Virus record (IMG/VR): IMGVR_UViG_3300047476_001538
Coordinates: 1-64,000 of that record
DNA length: 64,000 nucleotides
From: an uncultured virus (IMG/VR IMGVR_UViG_3300047476_001538)
Taxonomy: Duplodnaviria > Heunggongvirae > Uroviricota > Caudoviricetes
Strand: one strand, 5' to 3'
The translations under genes were made by a program, and so were the position numbers. This document shows positions 8,597 to 16,125 of the stretch, piece after piece. The notes under the pieces were generated by a model. That model did not search any database, was not told the DNA's origin, and saw only the letters and a list, made by a program, of their open reading frames with translations. How positions within the stretch are numbered: the first letter of the stretch is position 1; the number at the start of each line of letters is the position of its first letter.

Positions 8597-9113
8597 AAAT
8601 GTAGAAATGAGAACCTTCTTTGAGATCGAAACCGAAGAAGGCGAAATATACAGAAAAGATTCCTTTAAGTATTGGGAAAAGTACGATGGTTCTGAAAGTT
8701 GGAGTCAGTTATATCCATCAGACGAATTGGTTGAAATGGAACGGTTGTTTCAAGAATATTTAAAATCTAAAGAGAATGAACCAATGACATATATTAAACC
8801 TTTACCAGATTCAATGACTGCTCCTTGGAATGGAACTCCCATTACAGATCATACTTTTGCAGGAATTCCACCAACTACATCAAGTAAAACGGCATATATT
8901 CCAACGCCTTTTGATGTTCCTCCAGAATTAAAGGTCGGAGACAAATGGTTTGTTAAACTACAAGGAGCAAGTTGGTTAACAGAACAAAAAATTATTGAAG
9001 TAACAGAAAAAACTGTATTACTACAACAAATGGATGATAGTTTGGCAAGACACGCCCATCTTAGATACAAGAAAACTGATATTGAATTTGTAGAAAAGGT
9101 CAATGATGAATAA
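8586..9113 (+). CDS. Hypothetical protein
   Basis: Long ORF in operon. Confidence 0.75.
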   Translation: MKIKNVEMRTFFEIETEEGEIYRKDSFKYWEKYDGSESWSQLYPSDELVEMERLFQEYLKSKENEPMTYIKPLPDSMTAPWNGTPITDHTFAGIPPTTSSKTAYIPTPFDVPPELKVGDKWFVKLQGASWLTEQKIIEVTEKTVLLQQMDDSLARHAHLRYKKTDIEFVEKVNDE

Positions 9114-9288
9114 AGATACTCCAACATTTTTATTTGGTATGACTTGGGGAATAATATTGTTTGTTCTCTTTCTTAATCTGCCCTTCACAAACAATTCAAA
9201 AGCACGAAAAGCAATCGAAGAATGCGAATCAACGCTTCCAAGAAATCAACATTGCGAAATTACGGCAACCCCGAAAGAAAATCCTTGA
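9103..9288 (+). CDS. Small membrane protein
   Basis: TM helix + ECESTLPRNQHCEITATPKE C-terminus shared with 9345-9533. Confidence 0.75.
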   Translation: MMNKDTPTFLFGMTWGIILFVLFLNLPFTNNSKARKAIEECESTLPRNQHCEITATPKENP

Positions 9289-9569
9289 CTTTTTTGTAGA
9301 GTGTAGTAAAATAGTCTTGTGGTTAGAAAAACGTGGAGACAAAGATGAATGATTTTAGTTTTGTTATTTTCGTCGTAAATATAGTTTTAGCGATTTTGTT
9401 GGGTATAGTGGTTTCTATTGGAATGGTTTCATCTCCTCTCATGGAGTACCATAATGCAATTAAAGAATGCGAATCAACGCTTCCAAGAAATCAACATTGC
9501 GAAATTACGGCAACCCCGAAAGAAAAACCTTGACTTTTCTGTAAATTGTAGTAAAATAGTCTTGTGGTT
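9211..9569 (+). repeat. ~114-bp direct repeat (9211-9324 and 9456-9569) containing a gene 3' end plus early promoter copies 4 and 5
   Basis: Near-identical gaatgcgaatcaacgcttccaagaaatc...ccttgactttt...tagtaaaatagtcttgtggtt. Confidence 0.9.
9345..9533 (+). CDS. Small membrane protein
   Basis: GGAG RBS in a leader nearly identical to that at 3235-3254; TM helix; duplicated C-terminus. Confidence 0.75.
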   Translation: MNDFSFVIFVVNIVLAILLGIVVSIGMVSSPLMEYHNAIKECESTLPRNQHCEITATPKEKP

Positions 9570-9594
9570 GGAACTTTATGGGAGATTTATTGCT

Positions 9595-10485
9595 ATGATG
9601 ATTGAAGAACTACGGGATTATGTTTTATCTAATCCTAACCTAGTAAAGATGAAGCAATCTGCTACTTATCCAGATTTGTATGTGGTTAAGTATGCCAAGA
9701 AGTGTTTCTATGACGGTATCTGGAACGAATACTTAGAAAAGTGCCGTGGGTTGGTCGTAGATAAAGAATTTAATATCGTAGTTCATCCGTTTGATAAAAT
9801 TTACAATTACGGAATTGAACAACAATGTCCTAAGTTTTCTTTAGATGAAACTGTAACTGCTTTTCGTAAGATCAATGGATTTATGGTTTCAATGACTTGG
9901 CATAATGATCGTTTATTGATTTCTACGACTGGTAGTCTTGATAGCCCTTATGTCAAGATGGTTGAAGATATGATTAAGGATGATCGGCATAGGTTTGAGC
10001 ATATTTGTAAATCGTATGATGAAAATACCTTTTTATTTGAATGTTGTCATCCAGATGATCCTCACATCATACCAGAAGAACTTGGATTATATTTGTTGGG
10101 ATGGAGAGAAAAGAATTTAGAATCAAAGTTACGATTTGATCCTGATTTACTATATTCCTATGGTTTGGAATTGAGAACCAATTGGGTTGATGATTATTTC
10201 ACAACTGTATCCGATTTGATAAAATTATCAAAAAATGTAAAGCACGAAGGTTTCATTTTTTATACGGAAGATGGTAGAGCAGCAAAGATCAAGTCTCCAT
10301 ATTATTTGGTGAAGAAGTTTTTGGCACGTTGTAAGAATACCAACAAGATTCTAGCAAAAGATGCCAAGCAACGGTATCCAGAAGAATTTTATGGAATAAT
10401 TGATGCTGTTCGTGCTGACATTGATAATTTTACTTTACTTTCTGAACAGGAACGACTCTGTTATATTAGGAGATTATTATCTTAG
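9595..10485 (+). CDS. RNA ligase, T4 Rnl1-like
   Basis: CRGLV, PFDKIYN, adenylation motif KINGFM, FLFE, EGF, KIKSPYY. Confidence 0.85.
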   Translation: MMIEELRDYVLSNPNLVKMKQSATYPDLYVVKYAKKCFYDGIWNEYLEKCRGLVVDKEFNIVVHPFDKIYNYGIEQQCPKFSLDETVTAFRKINGFMVSMTWHNDRLLISTTGSLDSPYVKMVEDMIKDDRHRFEHICKSYDENTFLFECCHPDDPHIIPEELGLYLLGWREKNLESKLRFDPDLLYSYGLELRTNWVDDYFTTVSDLIKLSKNVKHEGFIFYTEDGRAAKIKSPYYLVKKFLARCKNTNKILAKDAKQRYPEEFYGIIDAVRADIDNFTLLSEQERLCYIRRLLS

Positions 10486-11446
10486 GTTTCCTTTCTTTCC
10501 CTTCTTTTGATGAAATATGAACCCACTCCCAAGTATGTTTCTCTCCTACTTGGGAGAAATATTCTTCGGAGGAAATTCTTTTTTTGATTCCATCTTTGTT
10601 AATACAAACGCAAGTTTTTTCTGATCCAGAAATCAATTTTGTTTCTGGTTTAAATAAAGAAATACGTTTTCTTCCTTCTAAGGAATTCATACTAACCCAT
10701 TCCCTTTCTGACATTTTTTCGTTTTGCGAATAATAAACATCTTTGGGAACTCTTTTATATTCACCGTTTTTATCATAACAAGGTATAGTTTCTTTATTTT
10801 TTTGAAATGGGTTTGTTCCCTCTTTGCTTCTATCGGAAGCAACTGAAGTTCCGTCCGATCTTCTTAATAAGTTGTGTGTTCCTTCCTTTACACGTTTTAT
10901 GCTATATTCTTTACTAATTGATGAACCGTCTGGTTGTTTTAAAAAATTATGAGTTCCGTTTTTTACATTATCAGTTTGTATACTTGTTCCGTCTGGTCTT
11001 TTTAAAAAGTGATGTGTTCCTTCTTTTACGCGCTTCATTGCAGAGTCCAGACCAACAGATGTTCCATCATCGCGTTTATTAAATATACAATATTTTTTAG
11101 ATTCTTCTTTTAATAATTTATACTCTTTTGAACTGAGTTTAAAACCTTCTTTATTAGATATTAATGTCATAGATAAAGTCATTGATCTATTTTTGTACGC
11201 TTTCCATAATAATAAATGGGCGATAAAATGTTCTCTTGGAGTTAATTCGATACAATTCCATTTGTTTTTGTTTAAATTTTTGTATTGAGGGAACATATCT
11301 TTTGCCTTCGGTAAGATATGATGTTTTTCTACAATATTATTAGTTGATCTATTTAACTTAGAAATGATGAATTTCTTGTATCTATTGAGGTAATGTGAAT
11401 TGTTTTTTATAGAATCTAATTGATCTAAATGTATATAAATATCCAT
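10466..11446 (-). CDS. Free-standing HNH homing endonuclease
   Basis: EKHHILPK...N...LTPREHFIAHLLLWK HNH core; KEGTHxFL...DGTS repeats; TATAAATA late promoter at 11541-11548 (minus). Confidence 0.85.
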   Translation of the reverse strand: MDIYIHLDQLDSIKNNSHYLNRYKKFIISKLNRSTNNIVEKHHILPKAKDMFPQYKNLNKNKWNCIELTPREHFIAHLLLWKAYKNRSMTLSMTLISNKEGFKLSSKEYKLLKEESKKYCIFNKRDDGTSVGLDSAMKRVKEGTHHFLKRPDGTSIQTDNVKNGTHNFLKQPDGSSISKEYSIKRVKEGTHNLLRRSDGTSVASDRSKEGTNPFQKNKETIPCYDKNGEYKRVPKDVYYSQNEKMSEREWVSMNSLEGRKRISLFKPETKLISGSEKTCVCINKDGIKKRISSEEYFSQVGEKHTWEWVHISSKEGKERKPKIIIS

Positions 11447-11502
11447 ACTGGCATCCTCCTACGATGTTAGAGTCCTTGGGTTTGTCCAGAACCGCGAAGG
11501 AC
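11447..11502 (-). ncRNA. Conserved structured 5' leader of HNH endonuclease, copy 1
   Basis: GTCCTT-CGC-GGTT-loop-AACC-C-AAGGAC, TCTAAC, CATC-GTAGGAG-GATG, CAGT-ATG; same layout at 15990-16044. Confidence 0.6.
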
Positions 11503-11567
11503 ATTTTTTTGCTTGACTTTTTACCCGGATGGGTATATACTATTTATATAAATTGAAAGAGGATGTA

Positions 11568-11978
11568 ATGTCTAAACTAATTCTAATCAGGGGTTTGCCA
11601 GGGTCGGGAAAATCAACTCTGGCAAAATCTATGCGTATAGATGAAAATTATGTTCATCTTGAAGCAGATATGTATTTCATGAAGAATGGAGAATATGTCT
11701 TCAATCAGAATAAATTGCATTCTGCTCATGAATGGTGTCAAAATAAAACCGATCTTCACCTTAGTAATCATATAAATGTCATAGTTTCTAATACTTTTAC
11801 AACTTTAAATGAACTAAGACCTTACTTTGAAATTGCCAAGATGTATGATATAATTCCTACTGTAATTTATTGTCAAAATCAATTTGAATCTATTCATAAT
11901 GTTCCCGAAGAAACCATTGAAAAGATGAAAAAAAGATTTGTATATGACCTAACCTCTTTATTTGAAGAATTTCGATGA
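11568..11978 (+). CDS. P-loop kinase (AAA_33 / polynucleotide-kinase-like)
   Basis: Walker A RGLPGSGKST, EADMYF, VSNTFT, HNVP. Confidence 0.85.
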   Translation: MSKLILIRGLPGSGKSTLAKSMRIDENYVHLEADMYFMKNGEYVFNQNKLHSAHEWCQNKTDLHLSNHINVIVSNTFTTLNELRPYFEIAKMYDIIPTVIYCQNQFESIHNVPEETIEKMKKRFVYDLTSLFEEFR

Positions 11979-12529
11979 CTACATACGTGACATCAGATTG
12001 TCATTTCGGACATAAGAACATCATTAAGTTTGAACCTGTATCAAGACCATTTTCTTCAATAGAAGAAATGGACGAGGTTCTTATTGAACGATGGAACTCC
12101 AAAGTAAAAGAAAATGACGAAATCTATATTCTAGGAGATTTTTCTTTTCATAAAGTCAACAAGACTGTAGAAATCCTTGGAAGACTATCTGGTAAGAAAT
12201 ATCTGATTGTTGGTAATCATGACAATCATCTAATTAACCACGATTCTTTTAAGGAAATGTTTGTTGGTTATTATGATTTGTTAGATAACAAAATTGCTGG
12301 TAAGCATTATGCTATGTGCCATTATCCGTTATTGAGTTGGAATCGCAGTCATTATGGGTCAGTGAATCTATTTGGACACCTCCATTCAAGTTGGAAGGGT
12401 AATAGACAACAGTTGAACGTCGGAATGGATTGCCATAACCTGTATCCTATTGCTTTTGAAGAAATTGATAGTTTGTTGGCGGCATTGCCAGAAAGAAGTT
12501 CAGAACTACCCGCGGAGGAAAGATTGTGA
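11975..12529 (+). CDS. Calcineurin-like metallophosphoesterase
   Basis: SDCHFGH, LGDF, GNHD, CHYP, GHLH. Confidence 0.9.
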   Translation: MTTYVTSDCHFGHKNIIKFEPVSRPFSSIEEMDEVLIERWNSKVKENDEIYILGDFSFHKVNKTVEILGRLSGKKYLIVGNHDNHLINHDSFKEMFVGYYDLLDNKIAGKHYAMCHYPLLSWNRSHYGSVNLFGHLHSSWKGNRQQLNVGMDCHNLYPIAFEEIDSLLAALPERSSELPAEERL

Positions 12530-12909
12530 GTAAAATTATTGAAAAACTATTATCGCCTATGGCAAAAGAAGTCTGGATTCTGTTGGAAAATCCAGACGAT
12601 TGGATTCTTGATTATGAGAACAAACCTCCATGCGCCATAGCACATAAAGATACTCACATTGGTCTTTGGGTTGCTAATGGAGTTTGGTTCTTAGATGGAT
12701 ATGGTAAGGAATTTTATGAATATGACGAAAGGGGATGGGCCACCGAAATATTATTTTCCTCAAAAGCGCCAAAGATTGGATGTTTTGATAGACATATTCT
12801 ATGGCGAAGAGTTACAAAAGTGCTAAAACATTTATCTCCGAATAAACAAACTCATTTATTAAATGAATTGAGAGGTTATAATGAACGAAATAATCGAACA
12901 AATCAATGA
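12526..12909 (+). CDS. Hypothetical protein
   Basis: GGAGG RBS, GTGA overlap. Confidence 0.7.
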   Translation: MSKIIEKLLSPMAKEVWILLENPDDWILDYENKPPCAIAHKDTHIGLWVANGVWFLDGYGKEFYEYDERGWATEILFSSKAPKIGCFDRHILWRRVTKVLKHLSPNKQTHLLNELRGYNERNNRTNQ

Positions 12910-13270
12910 AATTGATAATGATGGCGGATATGATGGTTACGAAGTTGCAACGAATAAGCAAAAGATATTGCTTGTTATTGCTAATTTTAGCAAGTGTTGT
13001 GAACAATGGGGTTACTTTTGGTGCAATGATAATACGGAAGAATTCGTTGGTTCTGTATTATCTGATGTTAAAGTAGTTGACACTGCTTTAAACGAACAAA
13101 CGTATAAGGATAATAGTGAAGGTGGAGTGTATGAAGGTTGTGTAATGTTTGTTAATTTAGAAACTTCAAAGGGAACATTACAATTCGTTGCTTATAATGA
13201 TCATAATGGATATTATGGACATACGGCAAAGGTAATAGCAGAAAATTTTAATTATGAGGCTTATTTATGA
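12881..13270 (+). CDS. Hypothetical phage protein
   Basis: GAGG RBS; CCE and YNxHNGYYGH motifs. Confidence 0.8.
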   Translation: MNEIIEQINEIDNDGGYDGYEVATNKQKILLVIANFSKCCEQWGYFWCNDNTEEFVGSVLSDVKVVDTALNEQTYKDNSEGGVYEGCVMFVNLETSKGTLQFVAYNDHNGYYGHTAKVIAENFNYEAYL

Positions 13271-13482
13271 ATCCAAATCCAAACTGTGATAAAGAGTGTA
13301 GATTTAGTGTAGGTTATAGTTGTAGAACTGATGTGTATTATCCTCCGGTTTATGATAAACACGGAAATAACATAAATCCGGATAGAAATATTTCTACTTA
13401 TACCATGTCCTGTTCTACTTGCGGAAAATCTTGGAATTGTTCAACGCAGTTAGGCGAAACCACTTTTACAGAAATGAAATGA
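13267..13482 (+). CDS. Small Cys-rich (zinc-ribbon-like) protein
   Basis: CxxxC...CxxC. Confidence 0.7.
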   Translation: MNPNPNCDKECRFSVGYSCRTDVYYPPVYDKHGNNINPDRNISTYTMSCSTCGKSWNCSTQLGETTFTEMK

Positions 13483-13640
13483 AAGAAATAACATATTTAA
13501 TTTATATTATATTCTGGATAATCTTAGTCATTATTTTTATCATTAGCAGCATATTCTCCTCATCGATGGGCATTGAAGGAGCAAAACCTACATACTCAGA
13601 GAAGAAAACTCTTTGTAAAGAAGATGATGTTTCTGCTTGA
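13479..13640 (+). CDS. Small membrane protein
   Basis: ATGA overlap; strongly hydrophobic helix. Confidence 0.55.
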   Translation: MKEITYLIYIIFWIILVIIFIISSIFSSSMGIEGAKPTYSEKKTLCKEDDVSA

Positions 13641-13696
13641 CTTTTCCTATAAGTTCAAGTACAATATATTTTTGATTGATGACCTAAGGTGAAATT

Positions 13697-14716
13697 ATGA
13701 GACAGATGGCAACTATTAGAAGGATCGAAGAGATTCGTCCTATTCCAGACGCAGATAAGATTTGTTCTTATCGTGTGGGAGGTTGGTGGGTAGTAGATTC
13801 TATCGGAAAGTATTCTGTAGATGATCTTGTAGTTTATTGCGAGATTGATAGTTTTATTCCGCATGAGATTGCTCCTTTTCTTTCTAAGGGAAAAGAACCT
13901 AGAGAATATGAAGGCGTTAAAGGCGAAAGATTAAGAACTGTAAAATTGAAGGGGCAAATTTCACAGGGACTTCTACTTCCATTAGAACCTACTTGTTCTA
14001 TGATTGAATCTGAGTTACTTGAAAGTCTGGATGTTTCTAATCATTTAAATATTCAGAAATATGAGCCTCCAATTCCCGCCCAATTAGCAGGATTGATTAA
14101 GGGTAATTTCCCTTCAAGAATTCCTAAAACCGACCAGGAACGAATTCAGAATCTTTCAAAAGAATTTATTCAATGGAAAGAACAAGGATTAACTTTTGAG
14201 ATTACCGAAAAGTGTGATGGGTCTTCAATGACTTGTTATGTCATTGATGATGTATTTGGGGTATGTTCAAGGAATCTCGATCTTAAATTTGATGAAAATA
14301 ATACTTTTTGGAAAGTAGCAATTGCTAATAATTTTGAAGAGAAACTAAAATCCTTCGGTAAAAATATTGCTATTCAAGGGGAACTTATCGGAATGGGTGT
14401 AAATGGTAATATTTACAAAATGAACAATCATAAATTTGTTTTGTTTGATATTTACGATATTGACGAAGGAAGATATTTTAATTCCGAAGAAAGAAATGAG
14501 TTTGCTGCTGATTTTGGCATTGAACACGTTCCCGTAATTCAGTTTAATTCCTTGGTAGAGTTTAATGATATTCAATGTGTGTTGACTTTTGCAGAAGGAA
14601 AGAGTATAATCAATCCTGTTGTAGAAAGAGAAGGTTTGGTATTTAAGTGTGTGGAAAAACCTGATATTTCCTTTAAATCTATATCAAATCGTTTCTTGAT
14701 TAAGAATGGAGATTAA
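13697..14716 (+). CDS. RNA ligase, DRB0094/Rnl5 family
   Basis: N-terminal OB-like domain (IRPIPDAD, GQISQGL), KTDQERIQN, EKCDGSS, QGELIG, EGLVFK, SFKSISN. Confidence 0.9.
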   Translation: MRQMATIRRIEEIRPIPDADKICSYRVGGWWVVDSIGKYSVDDLVVYCEIDSFIPHEIAPFLSKGKEPREYEGVKGERLRTVKLKGQISQGLLLPLEPTCSMIESELLESLDVSNHLNIQKYEPPIPAQLAGLIKGNFPSRIPKTDQERIQNLSKEFIQWKEQGLTFEITEKCDGSSMTCYVIDDVFGVCSRNLDLKFDENNTFWKVAIANNFEEKLKSFGKNIAIQGELIGMGVNGNIYKMNNHKFVLFDIYDIDEGRYFNSEERNEFAADFGIEHVPVIQFNSLVEFNDIQCVLTFAEGKSIINPVVEREGLVFKCVEKPDISFKSISNRFLIKNGD

Positions 14717-14809
14717 ACTGAAGCGTGAACACCACGATTGCATTGTGGCATGCGCTGATGAAGTGATCGCATTTGACCGCAATCAGAAAAAGAAGGAGTT
14801 GGAAGAACC

Positions 14810-15199
14810 ATGGCAGAAGTAACACGTAATAGACTAAGCAACGCGGCCAACCCATTTCAAGGGGACTTCAAGAAAGTCCTTTGTGTTTGTTCGGCGGGAC
14901 TACTCCGCTCACCAACAGCAGCATGGGTATTGTCTCGTGATCCGTGGAACTTCAATACCAGAGCCGTTGGGTGCAATGAGGAATATGCTCTGGTAACATT
15001 GGACGCTGTTCATTTGGCATGGGCCGATGAGGCGGTAGTATTTGACTACGCTCAGAAAAAGTTAGTAGAGAATCTGCTTAACAAGTATGAATGGAAAAGG
15101 CCAGTACATAATCTGAATGTACCAGATGAGTTTAACTATCGTGAGGAAGCGTTGGTGAATCACTTAACAGAAAAATTCACTGAACTTTATCCAACATAG
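14810..15199 (+). CDS. Low-molecular-weight protein tyrosine phosphatase-like
   Basis: VCSAGLLRSPTA (CX5R) P-loop; VPD acid loop. Confidence 0.85.
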   Translation: MAEVTRNRLSNAANPFQGDFKKVLCVCSAGLLRSPTAAWVLSRDPWNFNTRAVGCNEEYALVTLDAVHLAWADEAVVFDYAQKKLVENLLNKYEWKRPVHNLNVPDEFNYREEALVNHLTEKFTELYPT

Positions 15200-15222
15200 C
15201 GATATCAACATAATGAACTACC

Positions 15223-15246
15223 AGAGGGACCATGATGTCCCTCTTT
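15223..15246. terminator. Hairpin terminator between convergent genes
   Basis: AGAGGGAC-catgat-GTCCCTCT. Confidence 0.65.
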
Positions 15247-15272
15247 GCGTATGCATCGGTCGCAAAAACTGA

Positions 15273-15989
15273 TCATTTGCTGGAGTATCTGTTGCCCTTT
15301 GCTATGTTCTCATCGGCCCACAGTGGCTGAAAGTTGGTGTAGTGGTTAAGTGCAATGATCTCTTCTTCTGTTTTACCCCATGACACAGGAGTGATGTGAT
15401 CCAGGTGCCACTCGCTCCTGTTCTCCCATGACATCCCCGCGACAAATTGAGACTCAATGTGTATCTTGAATTCTTCAAGCGAGCATCCCAGAATCTCATG
15501 AGTGCGTGAGTTTTTAGAGAAATTGTTCCCACGAAAGGCCTGGCCGACGAGGCACCTGACCCTTTGCGTCAGAGCATACAACGGATCGCTTACTCGTTTT
15601 TGTCGATAATATTCTTCATTCCGCTTGTCAATCCGCTCTTTGTTGGACAGATAGTATTGTCTGTGGCGTTGTTTTATGCGTTCTTTATTGGTTACGTCGT
15701 ATTCTCTTCTGCGCTCCTTGAGGCGATCTTTGTTGAGTTGGTTGTACTCCTTGTTGTACTCTTTTCTACGCTCTTTGTTGAGTTGGTTGTACTCTTGGAT
15801 ACGCTCTTTGTTGAGTTGGTAATACTCCTTGGCTTGCTCTTTCCTGTGGTCTTTGTTGGCTTGTCTATAAGCCTTGTCGCACGATCTGCACTTGTTTTGC
15901 AATCCGTCCTTGTTTGCCTTGCATGCGCTGAAGTCAGTAGTAGGTTTTGTTATTTTGCAGACACTGCAAATCTTGGTGTAAATAGTCAT
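15273..15989 (-). CDS. HNH (endonuclease VII-like) homing endonuclease with N-terminal zinc finger
   Basis: CxxC...CxxC, charged helical repeats, WHLDHITPVS...NHYTNFQPLWADENIAKGN; visibly more GC-rich than flanks. Confidence 0.85.
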   Translation of the reverse strand: MTIYTKICSVCKITKPTTDFSACKANKDGLQNKCRSCDKAYRQANKDHRKEQAKEYYQLNKERIQEYNQLNKERRKEYNKEYNQLNKDRLKERRREYDVTNKERIKQRHRQYYLSNKERIDKRNEEYYRQKRVSDPLYALTQRVRCLVGQAFRGNNFSKNSRTHEILGCSLEEFKIHIESQFVAGMSWENRSEWHLDHITPVSWGKTEEEIIALNHYTNFQPLWADENIAKGNRYSSK

Positions 15990-16044
15990 GCTGATTGCTC
16001 CCATAAGCGTTAGAGTGAGCAGGAATCCCCATTCCGTGGCTCGC
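15990..16044 (-). ncRNA. Conserved structured 5' leader of HNH endonuclease, copy 2
   Basis: GCGAGC-CAC-GGAAT-GGGG-ATTCC-T-GCTCAC, TCTAAC, GCTT-ATGG-GAGC, CAGC-ATG; ATAAATA just upstream. Confidence 0.6.
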
Positions 16045-16047
16045 ACT

Positions 16048-16098
16048 TATTTATCTTTCTTGTGTATCTGATACAAGGATTTCCTTCGTTGATAAATA
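16048..16098. promoter_or_regulatory. Divergent T4-like late promoters
   Basis: ATAAATA on minus (16048-16054) and plus (16092-16098). Confidence 0.7.
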
Positions 16099-16125
16099 GC
16101 TTATTACCTACGGTTGTCAATCCAT

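Noticed and set aside
14745-14795. Hammerhead ribozyme (CTGATGA...GAAA)
   Set aside because: GAAA does not directly follow stem II and stems I/III are not evident; better explained as a phosphatase gene remnant.
15564-16013. 149-aa hydrophobic plus-strand ORF
   Set aside because: Antisense to the Lys/Glu-rich repeats of the HNH gene.
10466-16046. Group I introns hosting the HNH genes
   Set aside because: Flanking genes are complete, the endonucleases are antisense to them, and no intron core was recognised; they appear free-standing.
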